A stretch of DNA of 64,000 nt from Myxococcota bacterium. Lineage in GTDB: Bacteria; Myxococcota_A; UBA796; UBA2385. Shown here one piece after another: positions 56,263 to 64,000 of the stretch. Position 1 is the first letter of the stretch. Every line of letters begins with the position of its first letter. The position numbers and the translations under genes were made by a program. Below the pieces are notes generated by a model, which saw only the letters and a program-made list of their open reading frames with translations, did no database searches and was not told where the DNA came from. Location: contig JBIJDH010000004.1 of assembly GCA_044344255.1 (NCBI GenBank), forward strand, positions 320,001-384,000, in the 5' to 3' direction.

Positions 56263-59200
56263 TCAGATCGACTCGGAGCTGTCGTAGCCGTCGGCGCACA
56301 GGGCGTCGCCGGCGTCGATCTGTCCGTCGAGGTCGTTGTCGCGGCCGTCGTTGCAGGCCGCGGCGCCGAAGCCCCCCACCTCCAGCGTCGTGGCGATGGT
56401 GGGGCAGTCTGGATCGTCGAGATCGGGCCAGCCATCGCTGTCGTTGTCGAGGCCATCGTTACACTCGGTGAGCGGGTCCACCTCGTCCGTGTCCAGGGCC
56501 GCCTCGCAGCCGAGGTCGAGGCGGTCTGTGAGGCCATCGCCGTCGTTGTCAACGCCGTCGTTGCAGGCGGTGGCGCCGTAGCCGTCCCCCTCGATGGCGC
56601 CGGAGCTGCTGGCGCAGGTGGGGTCTAGGGTGTCGGTCCAGCCGTCGCCGTCATTGTCGAGCCCGTCGCCGCACTCGGGCACGCGGGCCTCGTCGTCGCC
56701 GAAGGCGCTCGTGCAGCCCGGGTCGGAGGCGTCGATCTGACCGTCGCCGTCGTCGTCGATGCCGTCGTTACACTCGAAGGCCGTGTTCCAGCCGCTCTCG
56801 AGCCCGAGGTCGCCGCAGTCGGGGTCGGCGTCGTCGATCCAGCCATCGCCGTCGTCGTCGATGCCGTCGGCGCAGGCCCGCCGCCCGCGGGCCTCGACGG
56901 TGTCCCACGCGCCCTCGCAGTCGGGGTCGAGGGCGTCGGTGAGGCCATCGTGGTCGTCGTCGAGGCCGTCGTTACACTCGGCCAGGCCAAGGCCGGCCTC
57001 GGCGGCGAGCGCGGTGCAGTCGGGGTCCTCGTCGTCGGCCCAGCCATCGCCGTCGTTGTCTACGCCGTCCGCGCAGGCGGCGCCGACATCGACCTCCTCG
57101 GGGTCGAAGGCGGAGGCGCAGCCGGCGTCCTGGTCGTCTACGAGGCTGTCACCGTCGGTGTCCACGCCGTCGTTGCAGGCCGCTGCCGTGAAGCCGACCT
57201 CGTGGTCGCCGAGGAGGCAGTCCGGGTCATCCTGGTCGGTCCAGCCATCGGCGTCCTCGTCGACGCCGTCCGCGCAGCCGCCGCCGCTACCTTCGCGGTT
57301 GTCGAGGCCGGACTCGCAGCCCCCGTCGGCCTCGTCGATGCGGCCGTCGAGGTCGTCGTCGAGGCCATTGTTGCAGTGGACCTCGGACAGCCCACCCTCG
57401 TCTCCGCCGCCGCGGCAGTCGGGGTCGAGGGTGTCCCCCCAGCCGTCCCCGTCGTCGTCCAGGCCGTCTAAGCAGCTCGGGCTCGGCCCCACCTCGTCGC
57501 TGTCGAAGCCGTCGTCGCAGTCGGGGTCGAGAGCGTCGGTGAGGCCGTCGCTGTCGTCGTCGTCGCCGTCGTTGCAGGCGAGGGGGCTGTAGCCCACCTC
57601 AGCGCCGTAGAGCGCGCAGTCGGGGTCGGCCTCGTCGGTCCACCCGTCCTCATCGTCGTCCTGGCCATCCTCGCAGGAGGTGAGGGCCGTGGACTCGTCG
57701 TCGTCCCAGGGGGTCGAGCAGCCCGGATCGAGGGCGTCGAGCAGGGTGTCGCCGTCGCTGTCGACGCCGTCGTTACAGGCGAAGGCGCTGAGGCCGAGCT
57801 CGGCCTCGCCCTGGAGGCAGTCGAGGTCCAGGAGGTCAACCCAGCCGTCGCTGTCGTCGTCGATGCCGTTCTCGCACGCGGCGGCCTCTTCGGCGTCGGC
57901 GCTCGTACACTGCCGGTCGAGGCTGTCGATTCCGCCGTCGCCGTCGTCGTCGACGCCGTCGTTACAGCTGCCGGCGCCGAAGCCGAGCTCGTCGCTGTCG
58001 GTCGCGCAGTCGGGGTCGGCGCTGTCGATCCAGCCGTCGCCATCGTCGTCGACGCCGTCCACGCAGGCCTCGGCCTCGGAGGTGTCGAGGGCGCTGTCGC
58101 AGCGGGTGTCTGCGCCGTCGAGCGATCCGTCGCCGTCGTTGTCGAGTCCGTCGTTGCAGGCGGTCGGGCCCTGGCCGAGCTCGAGCTCACCCTCCGCGCA
58201 GTCGGGATCGAGTTCGTCGACCCAGCCGTCGCCGTCGTCGTCGAGCTCGTCAGCGCAGGAGGGGGACTCCGCGCCATCTTCTGCGTTCGCGCAGTCGAGA
58301 TCGAAGGCGTCGGCCTCCCCGTCGCCGTCATTGTCCAGGCCGTCGTTACACGCCGAGCCCTCCGAGAAGGGGCGCTCGTCGGCCCCGGTGGGGTCTCCCT
58401 CACAGCCCGGATCCTCGAGGTCGAGCCAGCCGTCGCCGTCATTGTCGAGGCCGTCCTCGCAGGCGGCGATCTCGCTGTCGACCCAGCCCGCGTAGCAGGC
58501 CCCGTCGGCGCGATCGGTGTCCCCGTCGGAGTCGTTGTCGAGGCCGTCGTTGCAGGCGAAGGGAGAGGTGGGGGCCACCTCGTCTTGCAGCGTGAGGCAG
58601 TCGGGGTCATCCGCGTCGACCCAGCCGTCGCCGTCGTTGTCGGCGCCGTCGTCGCAGCCTCGGGCCGCCTCCTGGTCGTCGGTCGCGCCGGTGCAATTCG
58701 GATCATCGGCGTCGGCCGAGCCGTCGAGGTCGTTGTCGAGGCCGTCGTTACACTCGGCGGCGCCGAAGCCCACCTCGTCGCCGTCTGCGCAGTCGGGATC
58801 GGCCTCGTCGGCCCAGCCGTCGGCGTCGTTGTCGAGGCCGTCGGCGCAGGGCTGGAGCTCGGCGGTGGTCGTGGCGGAGGCGCAGTCCGGGTCGAGCGCG
58901 TCGACCGTGCCGTCGGCGTCGTTGTCGAGGCCGTCGTTACACTCCCCTCCGGTGGCGCCGAGCTCCTCCTCGCCGTCGGCGCAGTCGGGGTCCTCGGCGT
59001 CGATCCAGCCGTCGCCGTCGCCGTCGCGCCCGTCCGAGCAGTCGGAGACCGGGGCGTTGAGCAGGCCGATGGCGAGGTGGTAGCTCGGGACCTTGTCCGC
59101 CTCAAAGGTGAGGGGGCCGAGCGTGATCGAGCGGGAGGTCTCGACGCTGCCCTGGTAGCCGTGGGCGGTGACGGTGAAGTCGCTGCCGTTGTCCCCGGCC

Positions 59201-59556
59201 AGCAGCTCGAGGGTCGGGAGCTCGCCGTCGTAGGTCGGGGAGAGCTCGATCCCCAGCTCGAGCTCGGTGTCGCTCGGCTCGTAGTCCTCGAGGCGTCGCC
59301 CTGCGGTGAGCTCGCCCACCGGCAACGGCGCGCCGGCGTCGTCGAGGTAGGGGGCCTCGGGATCGATGATGATGAGCAGGTGATCCGCTTCGGCGCTGAT
59401 CGCGCCGGCGTCGCCGGTGAGGACGATCTGGATCCCGGTGCGGGCGACCGGCCCCCCACAGCCTGCGAGGAGGAGGGCGAGCGCGAGCAGGGGGGAGGAC
59501 GCGGCGGTCGTTGAACCTGTCTTCACGGCAGCGTCCTTCATGGCAGCGTCCTTCAT
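56263..59556 (-). CDS. Lipoprotein with 28 tandem Cys/Asp-rich putative Ca-binding repeats
   Basis: LAGC lipobox; N-terminal beta domain; CxDGxDxDxDGxxDxxDxxC counted 28 times. Confidence 0.85.
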   Translation of the reverse strand: MKDAAMKDAAVKTGSTTAASSPLLALALLLAGCGGPVARTGIQIVLTGDAGAISAEADHLLIIIDPEAPYLDDAGAPLPVGELTAGRRLEDYEPSDTELELGIELSPTYDGELPTLELLAGDNGSDFTVTAHGYQGSVETSRSITLGPLTFEADKVPSYHLAIGLLNAPVSDCSDGRDGDGDGWIDAEDPDCADGEEELGATGGECNDGLDNDADGTVDALDPDCASATTTAELQPCADGLDNDADGWADEADPDCADGDEVGFGAAECNDGLDNDLDGSADADDPNCTGATDDQEAARGCDDGADNDGDGWVDADDPDCLTLQDEVAPTSPFACNDGLDNDSDGDTDRADGACYAGWVDSEIAACEDGLDNDGDGWLDLEDPGCEGDPTGADERPFSEGSACNDGLDNDGDGEADAFDLDCANAEDGAESPSCADELDDDGDGWVDELDPDCAEGELELGQGPTACNDGLDNDGDGSLDGADTRCDSALDTSEAEACVDGVDDDGDGWIDSADPDCATDSDELGFGAGSCNDGVDDDGDGGIDSLDRQCTSADAEEAAACENGIDDDSDGWVDLLDLDCLQGEAELGLSAFACNDGVDSDGDTLLDALDPGCSTPWDDDESTALTSCEDGQDDDEDGWTDEADPDCALYGAEVGYSPLACNDGDDDDSDGLTDALDPDCDDGFDSDEVGPSPSCLDGLDDDGDGWGDTLDPDCRGGGDEGGLSEVHCNNGLDDDLDGRIDEADGGCESGLDNREGSGGGCADGVDEDADGWTDQDDPDCLLGDHEVGFTAAACNDGVDTDGDSLVDDQDAGCASAFDPEEVDVGAACADGVDNDGDGWADDEDPDCTALAAEAGLGLAECNDGLDDDHDGLTDALDPDCEGAWDTVEARGRRACADGIDDDGDGWIDDADPDCGDLGLESGWNTAFECNDGIDDDGDGQIDASDPGCTSAFGDDEARVPECGDGLDNDGDGWTDTLDPTCASSSGAIEGDGYGATACNDGVDNDGDGLTDRLDLGCEAALDTDEVDPLTECNDGLDNDSDGWPDLDDPDCPTIATTLEVGGFGAAACNDGRDNDLDGQIDAGDALCADGYDSSESI

Positions 59557-59565
59557 GGCAGCGTC
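59526..59565 (-). repeat. 15-bp tandem duplication of the stop/start junction
   Basis: GGCAGCGTCCTTCAT x2 plus a partial copy on the plus strand; encodes MKDAA-MKDAA-VK. Confidence 0.85.
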
Positions 59566-60776
59566 ACCACGACGTCTCCCTCGGGGATGGGCTCAGGTTC
59601 GAGGGCGGCGGCGAGCAGGATGCCCCCCGTGGTGAGGCCAGCGGCGCTGACGCCCACGGCCGTCCAGAAGGTCCACCGTTGGGTGAGGGGCTTGACGGGG
59701 ACGAGCTCGGAGCGGCCGGGCTGCCCCTCCGCGATGAGCTCGGCGCGGAGGCCTTGTCGCCCCCCGCCGCCCATGGTGATCTCGACGCTCGCCGACTTGA
59801 AGCCGGGCCGCTCGACCGAGATCTCGTACCGTCCCCGGTCAAGGTGGTCGATGTGCAGCTCTTCGCCCACCGTGGCGGGCGCACCCTCGACCAGCACGGT
59901 GGCGTCGGGGGCGCCGGTGCGGACCGTCAGCGAGCCGCCGCCGCCGCGCAGCTTGGCGGAGACGACGCCCTTCTCACCCTTGGAGGTGTCCAGCCGCCGA
60001 AAGACATCGCCATAGCCGTCGAGGGAGAGCCGCACGACGTGCTTCCCGGCGGGGATGCCGCTGAGCTCGAGGGGGGTGAGGCCCCGCTCCTCGCCGTCCA
60101 GCCAGACGCGGGCCGCGGGGGGCTCGGAGCGGAGGTCGAAGCGACCCGCGCTCGACGAGAGTCTCTGAAAGATCAAGAGGTTCTTGCTCTTCTGGAAGGT
60201 GAACTCACCCTCCATCGGCTCGGCGCCCGGGGCCTCGATGCGGTACCGGTGGGCGCCCTCGGTCATGGCCGGCAGTCGGACGGGCAGGGGCCAGCTCTCT
60301 TTGCCGTCCACCACGACCTTTCCGCCGCCCGGCTCGGCCGCGAATTCAACGGTGCCCTGGCCCGGCACGAAGGTGGCGGTGACCTCGGCGGTGCTACCCT
60401 GCTTGACCTCGATCTTGCGGACGAAGGGGTCAAAACCATCCACCGAGAGGCGGACCGTGTGCGGGCCGACCGGGATGTAGCGGGTGATCGGCGCCTCGCC
60501 GACCAGCTCGTGGTCGATCCAGACGCTGGCGCCCGGGATGGGGCTCTTCACCTTGAGGATGCCGGTCACGGCCGTGCTGGGGGTGTCGGCCGCCTTCGTC
60601 GTCGAGGCGCCCCCACCGCCGGAGGCGCCGGTCGCCTGCGCGGCCGTCGGGCCGGACCCCACGAGGCCGAGCGCGACCACGAAGACGAGGTGAGCGGCCC
60701 GCGGTCCGCTCCTCCCGATGGGACGGGCTCGATCGCTCCACCCCCGGGGCTCTCTCTCTGGCGGTCGCTCGTTCAT
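59553..60776 (-). CDS. PEGA-domain protein with a C-terminal hydrophobic segment
   Basis: About four S.P.GA.V..DG...G..P...G.H repeats; PLTQRWTFWTAVG tail; ATGA overlap with the downstream lipoprotein. Confidence 0.85.
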   Translation of the reverse strand: MNERPPEREPRGWSDRARPIGRSGPRAAHLVFVVALGLVGSGPTAAQATGASGGGGASTTKAADTPSTAVTGILKVKSPIPGASVWIDHELVGEAPITRYIPVGPHTVRLSVDGFDPFVRKIEVKQGSTAEVTATFVPGQGTVEFAAEPGGGKVVVDGKESWPLPVRLPAMTEGAHRYRIEAPGAEPMEGEFTFQKSKNLLIFQRLSSSAGRFDLRSEPPAARVWLDGEERGLTPLELSGIPAGKHVVRLSLDGYGDVFRRLDTSKGEKGVVSAKLRGGGGSLTVRTGAPDATVLVEGAPATVGEELHIDHLDRGRYEISVERPGFKSASVEITMGGGGRQGLRAELIAEGQPGRSELVPVKPLTQRWTFWTAVGVSAAGLTTGGILLAAALEPEPIPEGDVVVTLP

Positions 60777-60979
60777 TCCGTTCTCCGAATCGCGGCCCGA
60801 CGGGGCAGCCGATCCTACCAGAGGTCAGGCGCTGCCGTAACCGAGGCTCAGGTAGACAGGGCGCGAGAGGGGGCCACGCCGCGGGGTAAGCTCCCCTCTC
60901 ACGCGACCCCCCTCGCCGCCCGTCTGCCGTCGGCGGTCGGCAATTCAGGGCGCTGTCCCCCCTTCGAAGAGCGGATCGA

Positions 60980-62518
60980 ATGAACATCCTCCCCGCCCCC
61001 GGCTCCCCCGAGGAGATCGTCGCCTTCGAGCGACTCCAGGCCCGCCTGCCCGAGCTCTACCGCTCGGTGGCGCATGATGAGCGCGGTGAGCACACGGTGA
61101 TCGTGGTGCCGAGCCTGTCTTTGGACGCGCGTGAGCTCGCCAAGGTCTCGGGGGTCCATCACTATGAGGAGCGGCTGCTCTACCACTTGATGCTGCTGCG
61201 GCGACCGCGCACCCGCGTGATCTTCGTGACCAGCAGCGCGCTGTCACCGACCGTCGTGGACTATTACCTCCACCTCCTGTCGGGGATCCCCTACAGCCAC
61301 GCCTCCCGTCGCCTCGTGCTGCTCAACTGCGCCGACGCCTCCTCGACGCCGCTCAGCGCCAAGATCCTCGGGCGTCCGCGGCTGATGAACCGCATCCGGG
61401 AGGCCGTCGCCGACCCCGCGCGCGCCCACATGGTCTGCTTCAACAGCAGCAACCTCGAGCGGACGCTGGCCGTCCAGCTCGGCGCCCCGCTCTACGCCAA
61501 CGATCCGGCGCGGAACGATCTGGGCACCAAGAGCGGCAGCCGCGAGGTCTTCCGGGAGGCGGGCATCCTCTTCCCCGACGGCTTCGAGCACCTGCGCAGC
61601 GCCGACGACATCGCCGAGTCGCTCGCCGCCCTCAAGGTCCGGCACCCGACGATGCGCCGCGCGGTGGTCAAGCTCAACGACGGCTTCTCGGGGGAGGGCA
61701 ACGCCCTCTTCTACTACGATGACCTCGATGGCCACTCCGTCGCCGGGCTCAAGCCCCTCATCCGCGAACGCCTGCACCGGCTCCGATTCGAGGCCCCCCA
61801 AGAGCACTGGGAGAGCTTCGAGGAGAAGTATGAGCAGATGGGCGGCATCGTGGAGCAGTTCATCGAGGGCGAGCACAAGCGCTCCCCGTCCTCGCAGAAC
61901 CGGGTCAACGCCGTCGGTCAGGCCCAGGCCATCTCGACGCATGATCAGGTCCTGGGCGGTCCTTCGGGGCAGGTCTTCCTCGGCTGCACCTTTCCGGCGG
62001 ATCCCGTCTACCGGATGGAGGTCCAGGAGGCGGGCATGAAGGTGGCGGCCGCCCTGGCGCGACGCGGCGCGATGGGCCGCTTCGGCACGGACTTCGTCAG
62101 CGTCCCGCGTCCGGAGGGGGGCTACACGCACTACGCGATCGAGGTCAACCTCCGAAAGGGAGGGACCACCCACCCCTTCCTCACGCTTCGCTTTTTGACC
62201 GACGGCTCGTACGACCTCGGCTCGGGCGAGTTCTTGGTGCAGAACGGGACGCCAAAGTATTACTTCGCCTCCGATACGCTCCAGAATGATGCCTACCGCG
62301 GGCTGATGCCCGAAGACCTGATCGACATCTCCGTGCTCCACCGCCTGCACTTCCACCCCTCCACCGAGCGGGGGGTGGTCTTCCACCTGATGGGCGCCTT
62401 GTCGGAGTTCGGGAAGCTCGGGATGGTCTGCATCGGCGACAACCTGCAGCAGGCGCAGTTCCTCTACCGAAAGACCGTGAGCGTCCTCAACCAGGAGGCG
62501 GGCGTGGAGGGGGCCTAG
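60980..62518 (+). CDS. PGM1-related ATP-grasp peptide ligase
   Basis: VPSLSLD...HYEERLL, GTKSGSR, KLNDGFSGEGNA, STHDQVLGG, IEVNLRKGGTTHP. Confidence 0.85.
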   Translation: MNILPAPGSPEEIVAFERLQARLPELYRSVAHDERGEHTVIVVPSLSLDARELAKVSGVHHYEERLLYHLMLLRRPRTRVIFVTSSALSPTVVDYYLHLLSGIPYSHASRRLVLLNCADASSTPLSAKILGRPRLMNRIREAVADPARAHMVCFNSSNLERTLAVQLGAPLYANDPARNDLGTKSGSREVFREAGILFPDGFEHLRSADDIAESLAALKVRHPTMRRAVVKLNDGFSGEGNALFYYDDLDGHSVAGLKPLIRERLHRLRFEAPQEHWESFEEKYEQMGGIVEQFIEGEHKRSPSSQNRVNAVGQAQAISTHDQVLGGPSGQVFLGCTFPADPVYRMEVQEAGMKVAAALARRGAMGRFGTDFVSVPRPEGGYTHYAIEVNLRKGGTTHPFLTLRFLTDGSYDLGSGEFLVQNGTPKYYFASDTLQNDAYRGLMPEDLIDISVLHRLHFHPSTERGVVFHLMGALSEFGKLGMVCIGDNLQQAQFLYRKTVSVLNQEAGVEGA

Positions 62519-62622
62519 CGGGGAGGGCGGGCCGACGTGGGCCGGGTGGCGTCCCGCGAAGGGCCTTGTGTGCGCTCCCTGGCAGTCGTATGCTGCGCTC
62601 CACGGTCCCCAGGAGCTCCTCG

Positions 62623-64000
62623 ATGCGGCTGAACCGGCTGCGTGCCTGCCTCTCGCTCTCCCCCATGCTCGTCGCCGCTGGCGCTTGCAAGCCTGACTAC
62701 GACGTCAACGCACAGGCGAGGATCCTCTCGACCTCGGTCGCTACGGTGGACGCCGGGATGGTGGCCGTCAACGACCGCGAGCGGGTCCAGATCTTCCTCC
62801 GCAGCACCGGGCAGGGCGAGGTCGCGGTCAGCGGCATCGAGGTCGATGACCCCACCCATTGGGAGATTGATCCGTCCTGGAAGAACGCGGACGGCGATGA
62901 CAACGCCGAGGCCCTCAACCTCGCAGGCGGCACGCCGGACGACCCCATCTACGGCCTGGCCGAGATCATCTTCAAGCCGGACGCCGAAGACGAGTACCGC
63001 ACTACGCTGACGATCTACTCGAACGACACCGAGGTCACCGAGCGGGACCCCGAAGATGAGAGCGTCGGCCTCTGGAAGATTGTGCTGCGCGGCATCGGGC
63101 GGTATCCGTGCAGCCTGATCTACCCCACCTTCCACGATTACGGTCCGCGCCCGCCGGGCGGATACTACTCGCACACCGGCTACATCCAGAACTGCGGCGT
63201 GGTCACGCTCACCGTCACCTCCTTCGATGTGGCCGGAGATGCCACCTTCTCGGTCGCCACCCCCACGCCTGTCTACGTGCTCCCTGGCGAGACCGAGCCC
63301 GTCGAGTTCGCCTACCAGCCCGGCGGCAGCTCGGACGGTGAGCAGGCCCTCGTCACGCTCGAGTCCACCGACCCCAGCTACGCCGATCAGCAAGTGCGGC
63401 TCATCGGCAACGAGTGCAGCCTCTCGGTCATGGGCACCTGGGATGGCGACGGCGACGGCTGGACGTCCTGCGGCGGAGACTGTGACGACACGGACAGCAG
63501 CATCAGCCCCAGCGCTCAGGAGAAGTCGTCCAATGGTAAAGACGACAACTGCGACGGCGTGAGCGACGAGGCAGCCAGTGATCTCGACGTGGACGATGAC
63601 GGGGACACCTACACCGAGAACACGGGCGACGCCGACGACAGCGATCCCACGGTTTACCCCGGCGCCCCCGAGCTCCTCGACCAGATCGACAATGACGGCG
63701 ACAGCGTGGTCGACGAGGGGACGATCTTCTTCGATGACGATGGTGACGGGTACTCGGAGCGAGAGGGTGACTGTAACGACGGAGACAACCTCATCCACCC
63801 CGGCGCGGAGGAGGCCCTGAACGAAATTGACGAGGACTGCGACGGCCTGACCGACGAGACCACCTACGCCTTCGACGACGATCGCGATGGATTCGCCGAG
63901 CAAGACCCCTCCGGCGGCGCGGCTGACTGCGACGACGAGGACCCCTGGACCTACCCCCAGGCCGCTGAAGACTGTGACGATCACGACAACGACTGCGATG
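62623..64000 (+). CDS. Lipoprotein with Ig-like (choice-of-anchor D type) domains and MopE-related DCDD repeats; runs off the window and is absent from the ORF track
   Basis: AGGAG RBS and ATG 62623; MRLNRLRACLSLSPMLVAAGAC; no stop seen to the window end; GDCDDTDSSISP and DEDCDG repeats. Confidence 0.8.
   Translation, partial: MRLNRLRACLSLSPMLVAAGACKPDYDVNAQARILSTSVATVDAGMVAVNDRERVQIFLRSTGQGEVAVSGIEVDDPTHWEIDPSWKNADGDDNAEALNLAGGTPDDPIYGLAEIIFKPDAEDEYRTTLTIYSNDTEVTERDPEDESVGLWKIVLRGIGRYPCSLIYPTFHDYGPRPPGGYYSHTGYIQNCGVVTLTVTSFDVAGDATFSVATPTPVYVLPGETEPVEFAYQPGGSSDGEQALVTLESTDPSYADQQVRLIGNECSLSVMGTWDGDGDGWTSCGGDCDDTDSSISPSAQEKSSNGKDDNCDGVSDEAASDLDVDDDGDTYTENTGDADDSDPTVYPGAPELLDQIDNDGDSVVDEGTIFFDDDGDGYSEREGDCNDGDNLIHPGAEEALNEIDEDCDGLTDETTYAFDDDRDGFAEQDPSGGAADCDDEDPWTYPQAAEDCDDHDNDCD

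Noticed and set aside
50880..59045. CRISPR array or non-coding repeat array in the repetitive regions
   Set aside because: The repeats are degenerate, codon-phased and protein-coding; there are no identical repeats with unique spacers and no cas genes.

Overview
A very GC-rich bacterial chromosomal segment. Its gene content points to Myxococcota or a related deltaproteobacterial lineage: Glt/Nfs-type envelope machine, MxcH-type TonB receptor, PEGA proteins, a MYXO-CTERM-like tail and a myxobacterial-type LexA. Main blocks: (1) housekeeping genes pyrE, guaB, a stand-alone rplC, murJ, lexA, tRNA-Cys and tRNA-Met(CAT). (2) An eight-gene GltA-H/NfsA-H-like cluster in one co-oriented block (8238-20135), next to an exbB-exbD-tonB-lipoprotein-TonB-dependent receptor operon (20943-26517). 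(3) LPS-type glycosyltransferases and a class A PBP with a large insertion. (4) A VKOR-DsbA / OmpA-like / TlpA redox operon. (5) A sigma54 promoter with an upstream palindrome, driving an MBL hydrolase, a GAF-AAA+ activator and a DDAH. (6) A 3.2-kb cargo (GT-C-like gene, possible IS91-type remnant, decayed ISAs1) between diverged direct repeats. (7) Several large Cys/Asp-rich surface proteins. No CRISPR array, rRNA or prophage was seen. All calls come from motif recognition by eye; no searches were run.
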